A stretch of 64,000 nt of DNA from Vampirovibrionaceae bacterium NZW_1234 (GTDB lineage: Bacteria > Cyanobacteriota > Vampirovibrionia > Vampirovibrionales > JAGQHJ01): positions 151,976 through 215,975 of the forward strand of contig JBGUGD010000007.1 in assembly GCA_041697335.1 (NCBI GenBank). The letters run 5' to 3'. The position numbers and the translations under genes are program-made. Positions 10,316-20,235 of the stretch are shown one piece after another (the stretch's first letter is position 1; each line of letters opens with the position of its first letter). Under the pieces are notes generated by a model that was given only the letters and a program-made list of their open reading frames with translations, made no database searches and was not told the DNA's origin.

Positions 10316-11401
10316 ATGTTAGGAAGACGTCTTGAAATTGCTGGACATATTCTGGATGATGCTAGCGATTGCTTTGTGATTGCTGAAATTGGCCATAATC
10401 ATCAGGGGAGTGTAGAGACCTGTAAGCAATTGTTTGATGCCGCTAAGGATGCAGGGGCTCAGGCTGTTAAGCTTCAAAAGCGGGATAATAAGGCTCTTTT
10501 TACCGAAGCGTTTTATAACAGCCCTTATAATTCCGAAAATGCCTATGGGCCTACATACGGTCTGCACCGAGAAGCCTTGGAATTTGGTAAGGCGGAATAT
10601 ACAGAATTAAAAGCGTATGCAGAGAGTCTTGGGCTCGTCTTTTTTGCGACTGCCTTCGATATGCCCAGTGCAGATTTTCTGGAGGAGCTTGATGTTCCGT
10701 GTTTTAAGCTTGCGTCAGGTGATTTAACCAATATTCCCTTACTGAAATACGTGGCTCAATTCCAAAAACCTCTGATCTTAAGTACAGGCGGCGGGGATAT
10801 GGAGGATGTCCAGCGGGCTTACGACGCGATTATGCCCATCAACCCCCGGCTTGCCCTGTTGCAATGTACCACGACTTACCCCACTGAGTTTGAGAAGCTG
10901 AACTTGAATGTTATCACGACCTATCGAGAGGCATTTCCCGAGGTCGTGGTTGGTTTGTCCTCTCACGATAGTGGGATTGCGATGGCTGTTGCCTCGTATA
11001 TGCTTGGTGCTCGTATTGTAGAGAAACACTTTACCTTGAACCGTGCTATGCGCGGCACGGATCACGCCTTTTCTTTAGAGCCTGTTGGATTGAAGAAAAT
11101 GGTGCGAGACTTGAAGCGTTTGCGAGTAGCCCTTGGGGATGGCGTGAAAGCAGCATTCCCTGAGGAGGCTGCTGCCCGTATGAAAATGGGTAAAAAAATC
11201 GTCGCTGCAAAAGACCTACCGCAAGGCCATGTGCTTACCGAAGGTGATTTGGCATTTAAATCTCCTGGAGATGGTTTGCCTCCGTATTATGCCGATGACT
11301 TCTATGGGAAACCGCTTCGCACCGCTGTCGTTCGAGACCAGGATATGCTTTTTGAGTTTGTAGATGCGGTGCAATCTGCGGAATTACAAGCTCTGGTTTA
11401 G
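10316..11401 (+). CDS. NeuB-family ulosonic acid (N-acylneuraminate-type) synthase with C-terminal SAF/AFP-like domain
   Basis: IAEIGHNHQG, AVKLQKR, FKLASGD, ILSTG, LQCTTTYP, SSHD, IVEKHFTL, GTDH.FSLEP; AAGGAG RBS. Confidence 0.92.
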   Translation: MLGRRLEIAGHILDDASDCFVIAEIGHNHQGSVETCKQLFDAAKDAGAQAVKLQKRDNKALFTEAFYNSPYNSENAYGPTYGLHREALEFGKAEYTELKAYAESLGLVFFATAFDMPSADFLEELDVPCFKLASGDLTNIPLLKYVAQFQKPLILSTGGGDMEDVQRAYDAIMPINPRLALLQCTTTYPTEFEKLNLNVITTYREAFPEVVVGLSSHDSGIAMAVASYMLGARIVEKHFTLNRAMRGTDHAFSLEPVGLKKMVRDLKRLRVALGDGVKAAFPEEAAARMKMGKKIVAAKDLPQGHVLTEGDLAFKSPGDGLPPYYADDFYGKPLRTAVVRDQDMLFEFVDAVQSAELQALV

Positions 11402-11418
11402 TAATTGCAACGTCATTT

Positions 11419-11465
11419 AAAACAAGCGCCTCAGGATTATTTTTTTCCAATGAGGCGCTTGTTTT
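11419..11465. terminator. Bidirectional terminator between convergent genes
   Basis: AAAACAAGCGCCTCA...TGAGGCGCTTGTTTT inverted repeat. Confidence 0.75.
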
Positions 11466-11495
11466 ATGGGCTCTTTCTGAAAGCGACGGTCAGCG

Positions 11496-13328
11496 CTAGA
11501 CGGCAACTGTAGTTTCTTTGCTCTCTGTTGTAGACTCCGGTGAAGTGAGGCTTAAATCTTTAAATTGGGTATTGTAAAGCATCGCGTACGTTCCACCTTG
11601 GCTTATCAATTGGTTATGGGTGCCTTCTTCGGTAATACGCCCTTCGCTTAATACGACGATCCGATCGGCGTTGCGGATTGTGGATAACCGGTGAGCAATC
11701 ACAATAACTGTCCGGTTTCTCATGAGCGCTTCGATGGCTTTTTGAACAATCGCTTCGGATTGGTTGTCTAATGCACTGGTTGCTTCGTCCAATATGACAA
11801 TCGGGGCATCTTTCAGCAGGGCCCGAGCAATGGCGAGACGTTGCTTTTGGCCGCCGGAGAGGAGGACACCTCGTTCTCCAATCAGGGTATCCAGGCCATC
11901 GGGCTGGTTGGCAACAAAGTCAGAGAGAAAGGCCTTTTCCAGGGCATCATTAATTTCCGTCTCTGAGGCATTGGGCTTGCCGTAAAGCAAATTGTCTCGA
12001 ATCGAGCCATTGAAGAGAAAATTTTCTTGCGTAACGAGACCAATATGTTGTCTTAAGGAGTCCAGGGACAAATCACGGAGATCGACTCCATCGATTTTGA
12101 TTGCGCCTTCCTGTACGTCATAAAAGCGAGGGATGAGGTTGGCGACTGTTGTTTTTCCGCCTCCTGAATTACCCACCAAAGCCACGGTTTCACCTTTTTT
12201 AAAGGTGAGATTGATGTGATGAAGTACCGGTCTGTCAGGGGTATAGCTAAAACACACGTTTTCGAAGCTTATCCCTTGGTTTACGCCATTAAGGACGATA
12301 GCATTTTCTTTATCCTGAATTGTGGGCTGAATTTTAAAGATATCAATCAACCTTCCCACCGCCATCATATACGTTTGGTTTCGCATCACCATGCCACCCA
12401 GGTTTTTAATGGGGTTAAACAGCAGGATGAGGGCAATAATAAACGAGGCAAATGCACCGGCTGTTAAACTTCCTGATGCCATTTCCTGGAATCCGAACCA
12501 GATGATGACTGCAATGCCAATGGAGGCAATAATGTGAGTAGACGGGGTGAGCCACCCTTGGAGTTTGATGAATTTCATATATTTGTTTAATAAATCGCGT
12601 TGATAATCATTAAACTCTTTTAACCGAATTGAGGCGAGGTTATAGCTGTAGACGACCCGAATGCCCATGGTTGTTTCGTTATAAAACGTCAGCATTTCTG
12701 ACGAGAGGTTGTTGATTTGGTGGGAGACAACCCGGATGATTTTCCGCAATCGGGTTGTGGGATACACAATGAGTAATAGAATACCGATAGCGACGATGGC
12801 TAATTTCCAGGACGTGTAGAGTAAAACACAAGACAATGCAACAGCTGAGACACTTCGGGTGAGTAAACCCTTACTGTTTTCAAGGAGTCCGGTCTGTAGT
12901 GTCGCCGCATCGTTGGAAAAGCGTTGAATAACGAAGCCGGTACCATTTTGATCAAAGAATTGAACGTCCATGGTTTGCAGCTTCTTGAACAGATCTGTGC
13001 GAATATTATTAACTAGGCGATATCCCAGCCAGCCATTCAGATATATCCAAAACCAGTTGAGGATGCCTTGGCAGACCGTAAATCCAACAATAACAAAAGG
13101 GATATAGCCATGAGCATGGGCGATTTCATTCTTATCCATTAAGGGTTTAATGGAATACGCAATGGCGGCATCCAGGCTGCCAATGGGAATACTAATGAAA
13201 AGCGCCACAATGGCTCTTAGCAAATAGGGGCGAATATACGTATACAGCCAATAATAGAGGTAAAGGGTTGAGTATGTGCCGTCTTCACGGGGTTGACTGC
13301 GCTTTTGAATAAAGGCTGGAGGGGTCAT
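11496..13328 (-). CDS. MsbA-like ABC exporter (fused TMD-NBD)
   Basis: GNSGGGKT, LSGGQKQR, ILDEATSALD, IAHRLSTI; six-TM N-terminal domain; ATG 13328 chosen as start. Confidence 0.92.
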   Translation of the reverse strand: MTPPAFIQKRSQPREDGTYSTLYLYYWLYTYIRPYLLRAIVALFISIPIGSLDAAIAYSIKPLMDKNEIAHAHGYIPFVIVGFTVCQGILNWFWIYLNGWLGYRLVNNIRTDLFKKLQTMDVQFFDQNGTGFVIQRFSNDAATLQTGLLENSKGLLTRSVSAVALSCVLLYTSWKLAIVAIGILLLIVYPTTRLRKIIRVVSHQINNLSSEMLTFYNETTMGIRVVYSYNLASIRLKEFNDYQRDLLNKYMKFIKLQGWLTPSTHIIASIGIAVIIWFGFQEMASGSLTAGAFASFIIALILLFNPIKNLGGMVMRNQTYMMAVGRLIDIFKIQPTIQDKENAIVLNGVNQGISFENVCFSYTPDRPVLHHINLTFKKGETVALVGNSGGGKTTVANLIPRFYDVQEGAIKIDGVDLRDLSLDSLRQHIGLVTQENFLFNGSIRDNLLYGKPNASETEINDALEKAFLSDFVANQPDGLDTLIGERGVLLSGGQKQRLAIARALLKDAPIVILDEATSALDNQSEAIVQKAIEALMRNRTVIVIAHRLSTIRNADRIVVLSEGRITEEGTHNQLISQGGTYAMLYNTQFKDLSLTSPESTTESKETTVAV

Positions 13329-13597
13329 AAGCGAGACATCTTGCAGGTTGCGAACACGTGTGAGGTTATTCTGACACAAATGTGGTGTGAGATAAATCAT
13401 AAGCTTTTACAAACCGTATTGGTTAATGCTTGGGTGCTTCTGACAGAGGACTCATTGATTTCTTTGAGGCTGTTTTGGCTTATGGCCTTTTCAAATTGAC
13501 TTCCTGTGTTCCCTGGTATATAACTCTAATCAAGGTTTGAGTGGCTTTATATCTTCTTGCCATGGTGAAGCCGGTATTAATCCTAAGAGATGCTTCA

Positions 13598-14164
13598 ATG
13601 AGCTTTTCCGAAAAGTTTGTACTCCAGAATGGGCCTGAGTCAGCTCCTATTAGTCCCTTGCCCGTGCCTGACCCATTGGCGGCTCAGGTTAAATTAGTGG
13701 TTTTTGACTTTGATGGTGTCTTTACTGACAATGCAGTCTGGGTCTCAGAGACAGGAGAAGAATGGGTTCGTTGTAGCCGAGGGGATGGCTACGGGTTGAA
13801 GCTTCTTCGGGAACAAGGAATTTCCCTCTGTGTGCTGTCCAGTGAAATTAACCCGGTGGTTCAGGCTCGATGCACGAAATTAAAGCTGGATTGCTACCAG
13901 GGTTTCGAGGATAAGTCTTCCAAATTCGCTGAAATTGTTGAGCAGTATGGTGTTTCATTAATGCAAACAGCCTATGTCGGTAACGACATTAACGATATTT
14001 GCTGTTTACAACAAGCAGGGGTCTCTGTGGCCGTCAGTGACGCTTTTCTTCCTGCGCTTGCTGCGGCACGCTATCAGACACAATTGCCTGGAGGCCATGG
14101 GGCTGTTCGCGAAGTCTGTGAATGGATCTTTGCTTGTCGGCAGGCTTTGGTTGATCCACAATAA
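13598..14164 (+). CDS. KdsC/YrbI-family HAD phosphatase (ulosonate-phosphate phosphatase)
   Basis: VFDFDGVFTD, DGYG, YVGNDIND, GGHGAVREVCE. Confidence 0.9.
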   Translation: MSFSEKFVLQNGPESAPISPLPVPDPLAAQVKLVVFDFDGVFTDNAVWVSETGEEWVRCSRGDGYGLKLLREQGISLCVLSSEINPVVQARCTKLKLDCYQGFEDKSSKFAEIVEQYGVSLMQTAYVGNDINDICCLQQAGVSVAVSDAFLPALAAARYQTQLPGGHGAVREVCEWIFACRQALVDPQ

Positions 14165-14168
14165 ACCT

Positions 14169-14990
14169 ATGGATGCGGTTTTAGAGCAATTTTCGTTGAA
14201 AAATACGGTTGCCGTGGTGACTGGAGCACTTGGCAAGCTCGGTTATACCTGGGTCAGGACATTGCTTTCGGCAGGTGCCATGGTAGCTGCTGTTGATTTG
14301 CCTGGTGCTAAAGCGTCTCCTGAGTTTGAAGCACTTCTCCTGGGAGAGGGTGCAGAACGCCTTAACGTGTTTGAAGCCGATGTGACGGATAAGGCGTCGC
14401 TTTTGGCTTGTCGTGATAAAATTCATGACACCTTTGGGTTGGTGTCTGTGTTGGTAAACAATGCCGGTATTGATCAGCCACCGTCTGGGCAAGCAAAAAT
14501 GTACACCCTTCCTGAGATCCCCATTGCCAATGTGCAGCGTGTGTTTGATGTCAATGTGATGGGTGCTTTCCTCTGCCATCAGGTTTTTGGTGAAGACATG
14601 CTTAAGCAGGGGCAAGGCAGCATTATTAACATTGGGTCTCTTTATGCCTCTGTTTCGCCTCAAGAACGCTTGTATGATCATTTTCAAATGGATCCGCCCT
14701 TTCTGAAGCCCCCGGCCTATGGAGCCTCGAAGGCGGCCTTGATTAATCTGACCCGTTATTTTGCTGCCCATTGGGGTAAACACGGTATTCGTGTCAATGC
14801 GCTTTCTCCCGGGGGAGTTGAAGGGGGCCAGGATGACGAGTTCAAACGCAAATTTTGTGAGCGTGTGCCCATGGCACGCATGGCTCAGCTTGAGGATTTG
14901 GCAGGGCCGCTTTTGTTTCTGGCAAGTCCTGCGTCTCAATATGTTACCGGCACGGAACTTGTGGTTGATGGAGGATTTTTGGCATGGTAA
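14169..14990 (+). CDS. Short-chain dehydrogenase/reductase
   Basis: VTGALGKLG, LVNNAG, NIGSLY, YGASKAAL, RVNALSPGG, VDGG; ORF-track 5' extension overlaps the upstream gene. Confidence 0.92.
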   Translation: MDAVLEQFSLKNTVAVVTGALGKLGYTWVRTLLSAGAMVAAVDLPGAKASPEFEALLLGEGAERLNVFEADVTDKASLLACRDKIHDTFGLVSVLVNNAGIDQPPSGQAKMYTLPEIPIANVQRVFDVNVMGAFLCHQVFGEDMLKQGQGSIINIGSLYASVSPQERLYDHFQMDPPFLKPPAYGASKAALINLTRYFAAHWGKHGIRVNALSPGGVEGGQDDEFKRKFCERVPMARMAQLEDLAGPLLFLASPASQYVTGTELVVDGGFLAW

Positions 14991-16492
14991 ACACCCCTGA
15001 GTCTCAGACGGTCTTGGCTGAAAAGACAGCCCTTTATCCCAAACAAGTGGGACATTGGATTGGCAACACAATGGTCGGCTCTGAAAGCCTGGCCGAGTTT
15101 GAGAAGCGAAATCCCCATAATGGCGAGGTCCTGGCTCAGGTGGCTCGTGGGGCCTGGGTGGAAGTAGACCGTGCTATTGAGAATGCTGTGACGCTGTTTC
15201 CTCAATGGAGTCAAACGCCCATTGTAAAACGTTCGGAAATTCTTCGCTCTGCCACTCAGCTGATCCAAGAGCGTTCTCACGAAATTGCTGCCATTGTGGC
15301 TCTGGAAACGGGGAAATCCATGAAAGATGCCCTCGGCGAAGTTTCTGCCGCCATTGAGATGGGTTATTTTATTGCCGGTGAGGGCCGCCGTTTTTACGGC
15401 CGAACCACAACCAGTGCTGTCCCCAATCGTATGGCGATGACGGTCCGCCAGCCCGTGGGAGTTTGTGGTCTGATCATTGCTGCCAATACGCCCATTGCCA
15501 ATGTGGCATGGAAAGTTTACCCCGCTTTATTGTGTGGTAATACGGCGATATTGAAGCCTTCGGAAGATACACCCTATTCAGCGGTTTGGTTTGCCCAACG
15601 ATTGGCAGAAGCGGGGCTACCTGAAGGTGTATTGTCGGTTCTGCAAGGTCATGGCGAAGACGTTGGGGCTCCTTTGGTTGAAGATCCTCGGGTGGATCTT
15701 ATCAGTTTTACCGGGTCTGAGCCTGTCGGGCGCTATATTCAGAAAACAGCCGGTGAGCGTCTTGCCAAAGTTTGCCTGGAACTGGGGGGTAAAAACGCCC
15801 TGGTTGTCTGTGATGACGCGAATTTAGATGCTGCCGTGGAATCTGCCGTATTATCGGCATTCTCAAATGCAGGACAGCGTTGTGCTGCTGGGAGTCGCGT
15901 TGTTATTTTCGATAGCGTTTATGATGCGTTTAAGCAGAAGATGATTGCACAGACTCAAGCTCTCAGCTTGGGGAACCAGGACGACAACGATTATGGCCCC
16001 GTCATTAACGAAACGCAGCTGACTCAAATGCTTCAGGCTGTCGAGAAAGCGGTTTCCGAGGGAGCCTCACTCTTGACTGGTGGTTTTCGGCTTGTGGATG
16101 ACACGCATCAAGGGGGGTATTATATGGCTCCGACCATCTTGGAAAACGTGCGTCCCGATGCCCCTATTTCTCGGGATGAGCTGTTTGGCCCAATTACCTG
16201 TCTGTATCGGGTTCCGGACTTTGAAGCGGCAATTCAACTGGTGAATGACAGTCCCTTTGGGTTGACGGCCGCCATTCATACGAAAAGCCTCCATCGGGCC
16301 AACCGCTTCCAAGAATTGGCTTGTACCGGGGTTGTTTCCATCAATGGCCCCACCTATGGGAGTGAGCCCCATATGCCATTCGGTGGCCTTGCCGCCTCTG
16401 GCAACGGGTTTCGTGAAGCCGGGACGGAGGTTCTAGACGTTTATTCCGAGTGGAAAACGGTTTACACCAAAATTGATCCTGCCGAGGTATAG
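14984..16492 (+). CDS. Aldehyde dehydrogenase
   Basis: LKPSEDTP, SFTGS, LELGGKN, NAGQRC, ELFGP, PFGG. Confidence 0.95.
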   Translation: MVNTPESQTVLAEKTALYPKQVGHWIGNTMVGSESLAEFEKRNPHNGEVLAQVARGAWVEVDRAIENAVTLFPQWSQTPIVKRSEILRSATQLIQERSHEIAAIVALETGKSMKDALGEVSAAIEMGYFIAGEGRRFYGRTTTSAVPNRMAMTVRQPVGVCGLIIAANTPIANVAWKVYPALLCGNTAILKPSEDTPYSAVWFAQRLAEAGLPEGVLSVLQGHGEDVGAPLVEDPRVDLISFTGSEPVGRYIQKTAGERLAKVCLELGGKNALVVCDDANLDAAVESAVLSAFSNAGQRCAAGSRVVIFDSVYDAFKQKMIAQTQALSLGNQDDNDYGPVINETQLTQMLQAVEKAVSEGASLLTGGFRLVDDTHQGGYYMAPTILENVRPDAPISRDELFGPITCLYRVPDFEAAIQLVNDSPFGLTAAIHTKSLHRANRFQELACTGVVSINGPTYGSEPHMPFGGLAASGNGFREAGTEVLDVYSEWKTVYTKIDPAEV

Positions 16493-16496
16493 CCTG

Positions 16497-18449
16497 ATGA
16501 CTTCACTGCAATACGTACCTGTTGAAGAGATTCGTCGTATCCGCACCGCCATGGCGGATCCATTCGAGCGAAGTCAGGTCCTTGCGGATCTGTTTCGCCT
16601 CAACACCTTGTACATGATTATGATTGCTGGTTCGGGTCATATTGGCAGTAGTTTTAGTTCCATGGATCTGTTCACTTGGCTTTGGTCGGAAGTAATGACC
16701 TCACCCAATGAGTCATCTGCCCCAAATCACGATATCTTTTTCTCTTCTAAAGGACACGATGCCCCTGGACTGTATTCGGTGCTGATTGGATTGGGCAAAT
16801 TGCCTGAGGCCAAGTTGCACCAGCTTCGACAATTAGACGGTTTGCCAGGACATCCGGATGTTCATACGCCCTTTATTGCGGCCAATACCGGATCCTTGGG
16901 CATGGGAATTTCGAAAGCTCGTGGTATGGCCCTAGCTAAGAGGCTTTCCGGTGAATCGGGCACGATTTATGTATTGACCGGGGACGGCGAATTACAAGAA
17001 GGCCAGTTTTGGGAATCCTTGCAACCGACGGTTAACCAGAAATACGGCAATATTGTCGTGATTGTGGATCATAATAAATTCCAATCCGACACCTGGGTGA
17101 AGCAGGTCAGTGATTTGGGAGATTTGGCTGGTAAATTGGAAGCCTTTGGCTGGGATGTTGCTCGCTGTAACGGTCATGACCTTCGTGCTGTGGCGCAGTG
17201 TTTGGAAGGGTTTAAGAAAACCACCGATAAGCCTCATATTTTGATTGCCGATACCATTAAAGGGGCCGGTGTTTCGTTTATGGAGCACACGACCTTGGGC
17301 GATGACAGTGAGTTGCGGATGTACAACTACCATAGCGGAGCCCCTTCTGTGGAAGACTATGCCAAGGCCTCTCAGGAGTTGGTTGCCAGAATTAATAACA
17401 CGCTTAAGGCCCATCAGCTTTCATCATTGTCATTGCTGTCTGTGGATAAGGCGCCCAATTCTCCCCCAACCTCTGTGCAAAAGTTGGTGGTGGCTTACGG
17501 CGAAGAACTGAAGGCCCTGGGGCAGCAGAACGCCAAGATCGTTGTGCTGGATGGCGACCTGATGAAGGATTGCGGCCTGATGCCGTTTAAAGACGCATTT
17601 CCCGATCGCTTTGTCGAATGTGGTATTGCAGAGCAAGATATGACCTCAATGGCAGGCGGCTTGGCTTTGTCTGGTTATCTTCCCATTGTCCATTCGTTTG
17701 CCTGCTTTTTAACCACGCGCCCCAATGAACAGATCTATAACAATGCCACTGAGGGGACCAAAGTCATTTATGCAGGTTCCTTGGCTGGGCTCATTCCTTC
17801 GGGGCCTGGCCACTCCCATCAATCGGTCCGCGATATCAGTGCGTTGGGCTCTATTCCGGGCCTTACTATGATTGAACCCTGTGATGAAGCCGAAACACGT
17901 TTGGCCTTGCAATGGGCCGTGAATGAGAACCTAAAGAGTACCTATATCCGCCTCACCAGTGTTCCGTTGGAAATTCCCTATACGCTGCCCTCGGGGTATC
18001 GCTTGGAGAAAGGCCACGGCGTTGAATTGCGCTCCGGTCGTGATGCGGCAATTATAGGCTATGGCCCAACATTATTATCCGAAGCCTATCGCGCTGCTGA
18101 AGTGCTGGAGCAGGAGTTCGGCCTCTCGGTTGCGGTCATTAACCTTCCTTGGCTCAATACGATTTCATCGCAATGGCTTGAACAGCTGGTGCGGAAGTAT
18201 TCTGTCATCATTACGCTGGATAACCATTACACCACCCTCGGGCAAGGCACGCTTTTGGCGGCTAACATTGCTCAACTTGGTGCCTCCTCGTCTGTCCGCC
18301 TACTCAGCCTGGGCTTGGATGAAATTCCGGTTTGCGGCTTGAATCACCAGGTTCTGGCGCATCATCAACTCAATGCTCAGGCCATTGTTTCCAAGGTTAA
18401 CGCTTTTATCACTTCCACCCCGGCCCTTGCCCATAGTGCCGGCTCATAA
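16497..18449 (+). CDS. Transketolase-like ThDP enzyme (fused N- and C-terminal halves)
   Basis: SGHIGSS, SKGH, GHP, TGSLGMG, GDGELQEGQ.WE, GIAEQ, GHSHQ. Confidence 0.92.
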   Translation: MTSLQYVPVEEIRRIRTAMADPFERSQVLADLFRLNTLYMIMIAGSGHIGSSFSSMDLFTWLWSEVMTSPNESSAPNHDIFFSSKGHDAPGLYSVLIGLGKLPEAKLHQLRQLDGLPGHPDVHTPFIAANTGSLGMGISKARGMALAKRLSGESGTIYVLTGDGELQEGQFWESLQPTVNQKYGNIVVIVDHNKFQSDTWVKQVSDLGDLAGKLEAFGWDVARCNGHDLRAVAQCLEGFKKTTDKPHILIADTIKGAGVSFMEHTTLGDDSELRMYNYHSGAPSVEDYAKASQELVARINNTLKAHQLSSLSLLSVDKAPNSPPTSVQKLVVAYGEELKALGQQNAKIVVLDGDLMKDCGLMPFKDAFPDRFVECGIAEQDMTSMAGGLALSGYLPIVHSFACFLTTRPNEQIYNNATEGTKVIYAGSLAGLIPSGPGHSHQSVRDISALGSIPGLTMIEPCDEAETRLALQWAVNENLKSTYIRLTSVPLEIPYTLPSGYRLEKGHGVELRSGRDAAIIGYGPTLLSEAYRAAEVLEQEFGLSVAVINLPWLNTISSQWLEQLVRKYSVIITLDNHYTTLGQGTLLAANIAQLGASSSVRLLSLGLDEIPVCGLNHQVLAHHQLNAQAIVSKVNAFITSTPALAHSAGS

Positions 18450-18465
18450 TAAAAGAGAAATAGTT

Positions 18466-20226
18466 ATGTATCTTTTCTGGGATCCTATTATCAAGCCGTT
18501 ATTTAACCTTCTTCAGCCCTCTACCATTGTTTTTATTGGCTCTGACTTTGCGTTTGAAACACAGAATTTATTAGATTACTGTGTCTCTCATCAGGCCCAA
18601 CTGCACATCATCGATCCTGTTCCGAAGTCTGATGTTGCCGAGTGGGAACAACGGTATGGTCAGGCACTGGTGTTTCATACGGCGATGAGCGTGGATGCGT
18701 TGCCCAAAATTCCAGCCATGAATGTGGTTTTGATTGATGGCGATCAAAACTGGTATACGGTTTATCACGAGTTAAAGCTGGTTGAACAGCAGTGCCAGAA
18801 ACATCAGCAGCCATTTCCGCTCGTTTTCCTACATGACATTCATTGGCCCTATGGTCGCCGTGATCTGTACTACGATCCGGATAACGTCCCAGAAGCCCAT
18901 CGCCAGCCCTATGCGAAAAAAGGCATCCGCATTGGTTCTACCGAGCTTGTCGAGACTGGCGGGTTAAATTGGCATTTGCCGAATGCACTTCGAGAAGGCG
19001 GACCCAGAAATGGTGTTCTGACCGGAGTTGAGGACTTTCTCAAGGAGTCTTCTTTTAACCTGAAGCTCCTTCAGATTCCCGGCTATTATGGTTTGGGGGT
19101 ATTGCATGAAGAGTCGCTTGCTCAAGAAAATCCAGCCATCCGGGAATTTTTAAAGATCTTTGAGCTCGCTTCCCCGGTGGACGGCTTGTTGCGAGCGCTG
19201 GAAGAATCTCGCTTACAGACCCTGACCCAGCGTTGTGATCGGGACTGGACGATTAATCAAATGAAAATTCCGAGCATCCTGAAGCGAATGGCGGATCAGA
19301 TACAAACTGCCCTTCGAATCTCTAAGCCCAAACCGGCGATTTCAACAATCATGTCACAGGCCCGTCAATCCAACGCTTCTTTGGTCTCTCAGGATGTGAC
19401 CGTGATTATTCCGGTTCACAATGCGTTTGCCGAAGTCAAAGCGTGCATTGAAAGTGTCATTAAGCATACCCCGCGTATGTACTCGATTTTGCTCATCGAT
19501 GACGCCAGTACGGATCCCGCAATTTGGCCTTTGTTGCAGTCCTATGCCATAAATCACTGGCAGGTGAAAGCCGTTCAAAATGCGAAGAACCTCTATTGGA
19601 CGGCCACTATAAATGAAGGCCTAAAGCATGCCACGGGCGATGTTGTGTTGCTTAATAGTGACACAGTGGTTACGCCTGGTTGGGTGGATAAACTGGTCAA
19701 CGTCGCCTATAGTCGACCCAATGTGGCCACAGTGACACCTTTGTCTAATGCTGCGGGTGCATTTTCTGTTCCTGAAAATAATACGGTCAATATTCTCCCT
19801 CCACATTTAACGGTGGACGAGATGGCTATACTCGTCGAGCGATTATCTCCCAAATTAACTCCTGAAGTACCCATCGGAAATGGATACTGTCTGTACATCA
19901 CACGCCATGCATTAGATGTCGTTGGTCAGTTAAATGTCGAGCAATTCCCCTATGGCTATGGCGCCGAAAATGATTTCTGTATGCGAGCCAGTGCCGCTGG
20001 CTTTGTTCATCTTATCGAGGACTCAACATTCATCTTCCATCATCGGAGCGCTTCTTTTAAGGAAAGTAAGCACGAAAAACTAGAAGCAGCGAACCAGAAA
20101 CTTAAGGAATTACACCCCTCTTATAAAAAGCGAATTCGGGCCTGGGCTGACAATGACCCTTTAAATGATTTTCGAAATAACTTGAAAGTTGTTATTGATT
20201 CTCAAAAAGTGTTATCTGATTCTTAA
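18466..20226 (+). CDS. Fusion of class I methyltransferase-like domain and GT2 glycosyltransferase
   Basis: N-half LIDGDQNWYTV..EL, LHDIHWPYGRRD, NGVLTGVEDF; C-half VIIPVHN, IDDAS, LLNSD, GAENDFC.RA. Confidence 0.85.
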   Translation: MYLFWDPIIKPLFNLLQPSTIVFIGSDFAFETQNLLDYCVSHQAQLHIIDPVPKSDVAEWEQRYGQALVFHTAMSVDALPKIPAMNVVLIDGDQNWYTVYHELKLVEQQCQKHQQPFPLVFLHDIHWPYGRRDLYYDPDNVPEAHRQPYAKKGIRIGSTELVETGGLNWHLPNALREGGPRNGVLTGVEDFLKESSFNLKLLQIPGYYGLGVLHEESLAQENPAIREFLKIFELASPVDGLLRALEESRLQTLTQRCDRDWTINQMKIPSILKRMADQIQTALRISKPKPAISTIMSQARQSNASLVSQDVTVIIPVHNAFAEVKACIESVIKHTPRMYSILLIDDASTDPAIWPLLQSYAINHWQVKAVQNAKNLYWTATINEGLKHATGDVVLLNSDTVVTPGWVDKLVNVAYSRPNVATVTPLSNAAGAFSVPENNTVNILPPHLTVDEMAILVERLSPKLTPEVPIGNGYCLYITRHALDVVGQLNVEQFPYGYGAENDFCMRASAAGFVHLIEDSTFIFHHRSASFKESKHEKLEAANQKLKELHPSYKKRIRAWADNDPLNDFRNNLKVVIDSQKVLSDS

Positions 20227-20235
20227 GCTTGGTAT

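Noticed and set aside
13386..13401. CRP-like site TGTGA-N6-TCATA between divergent genes
   Set aside because: Single one-mismatch hit with no supporting context; plausible by chance.
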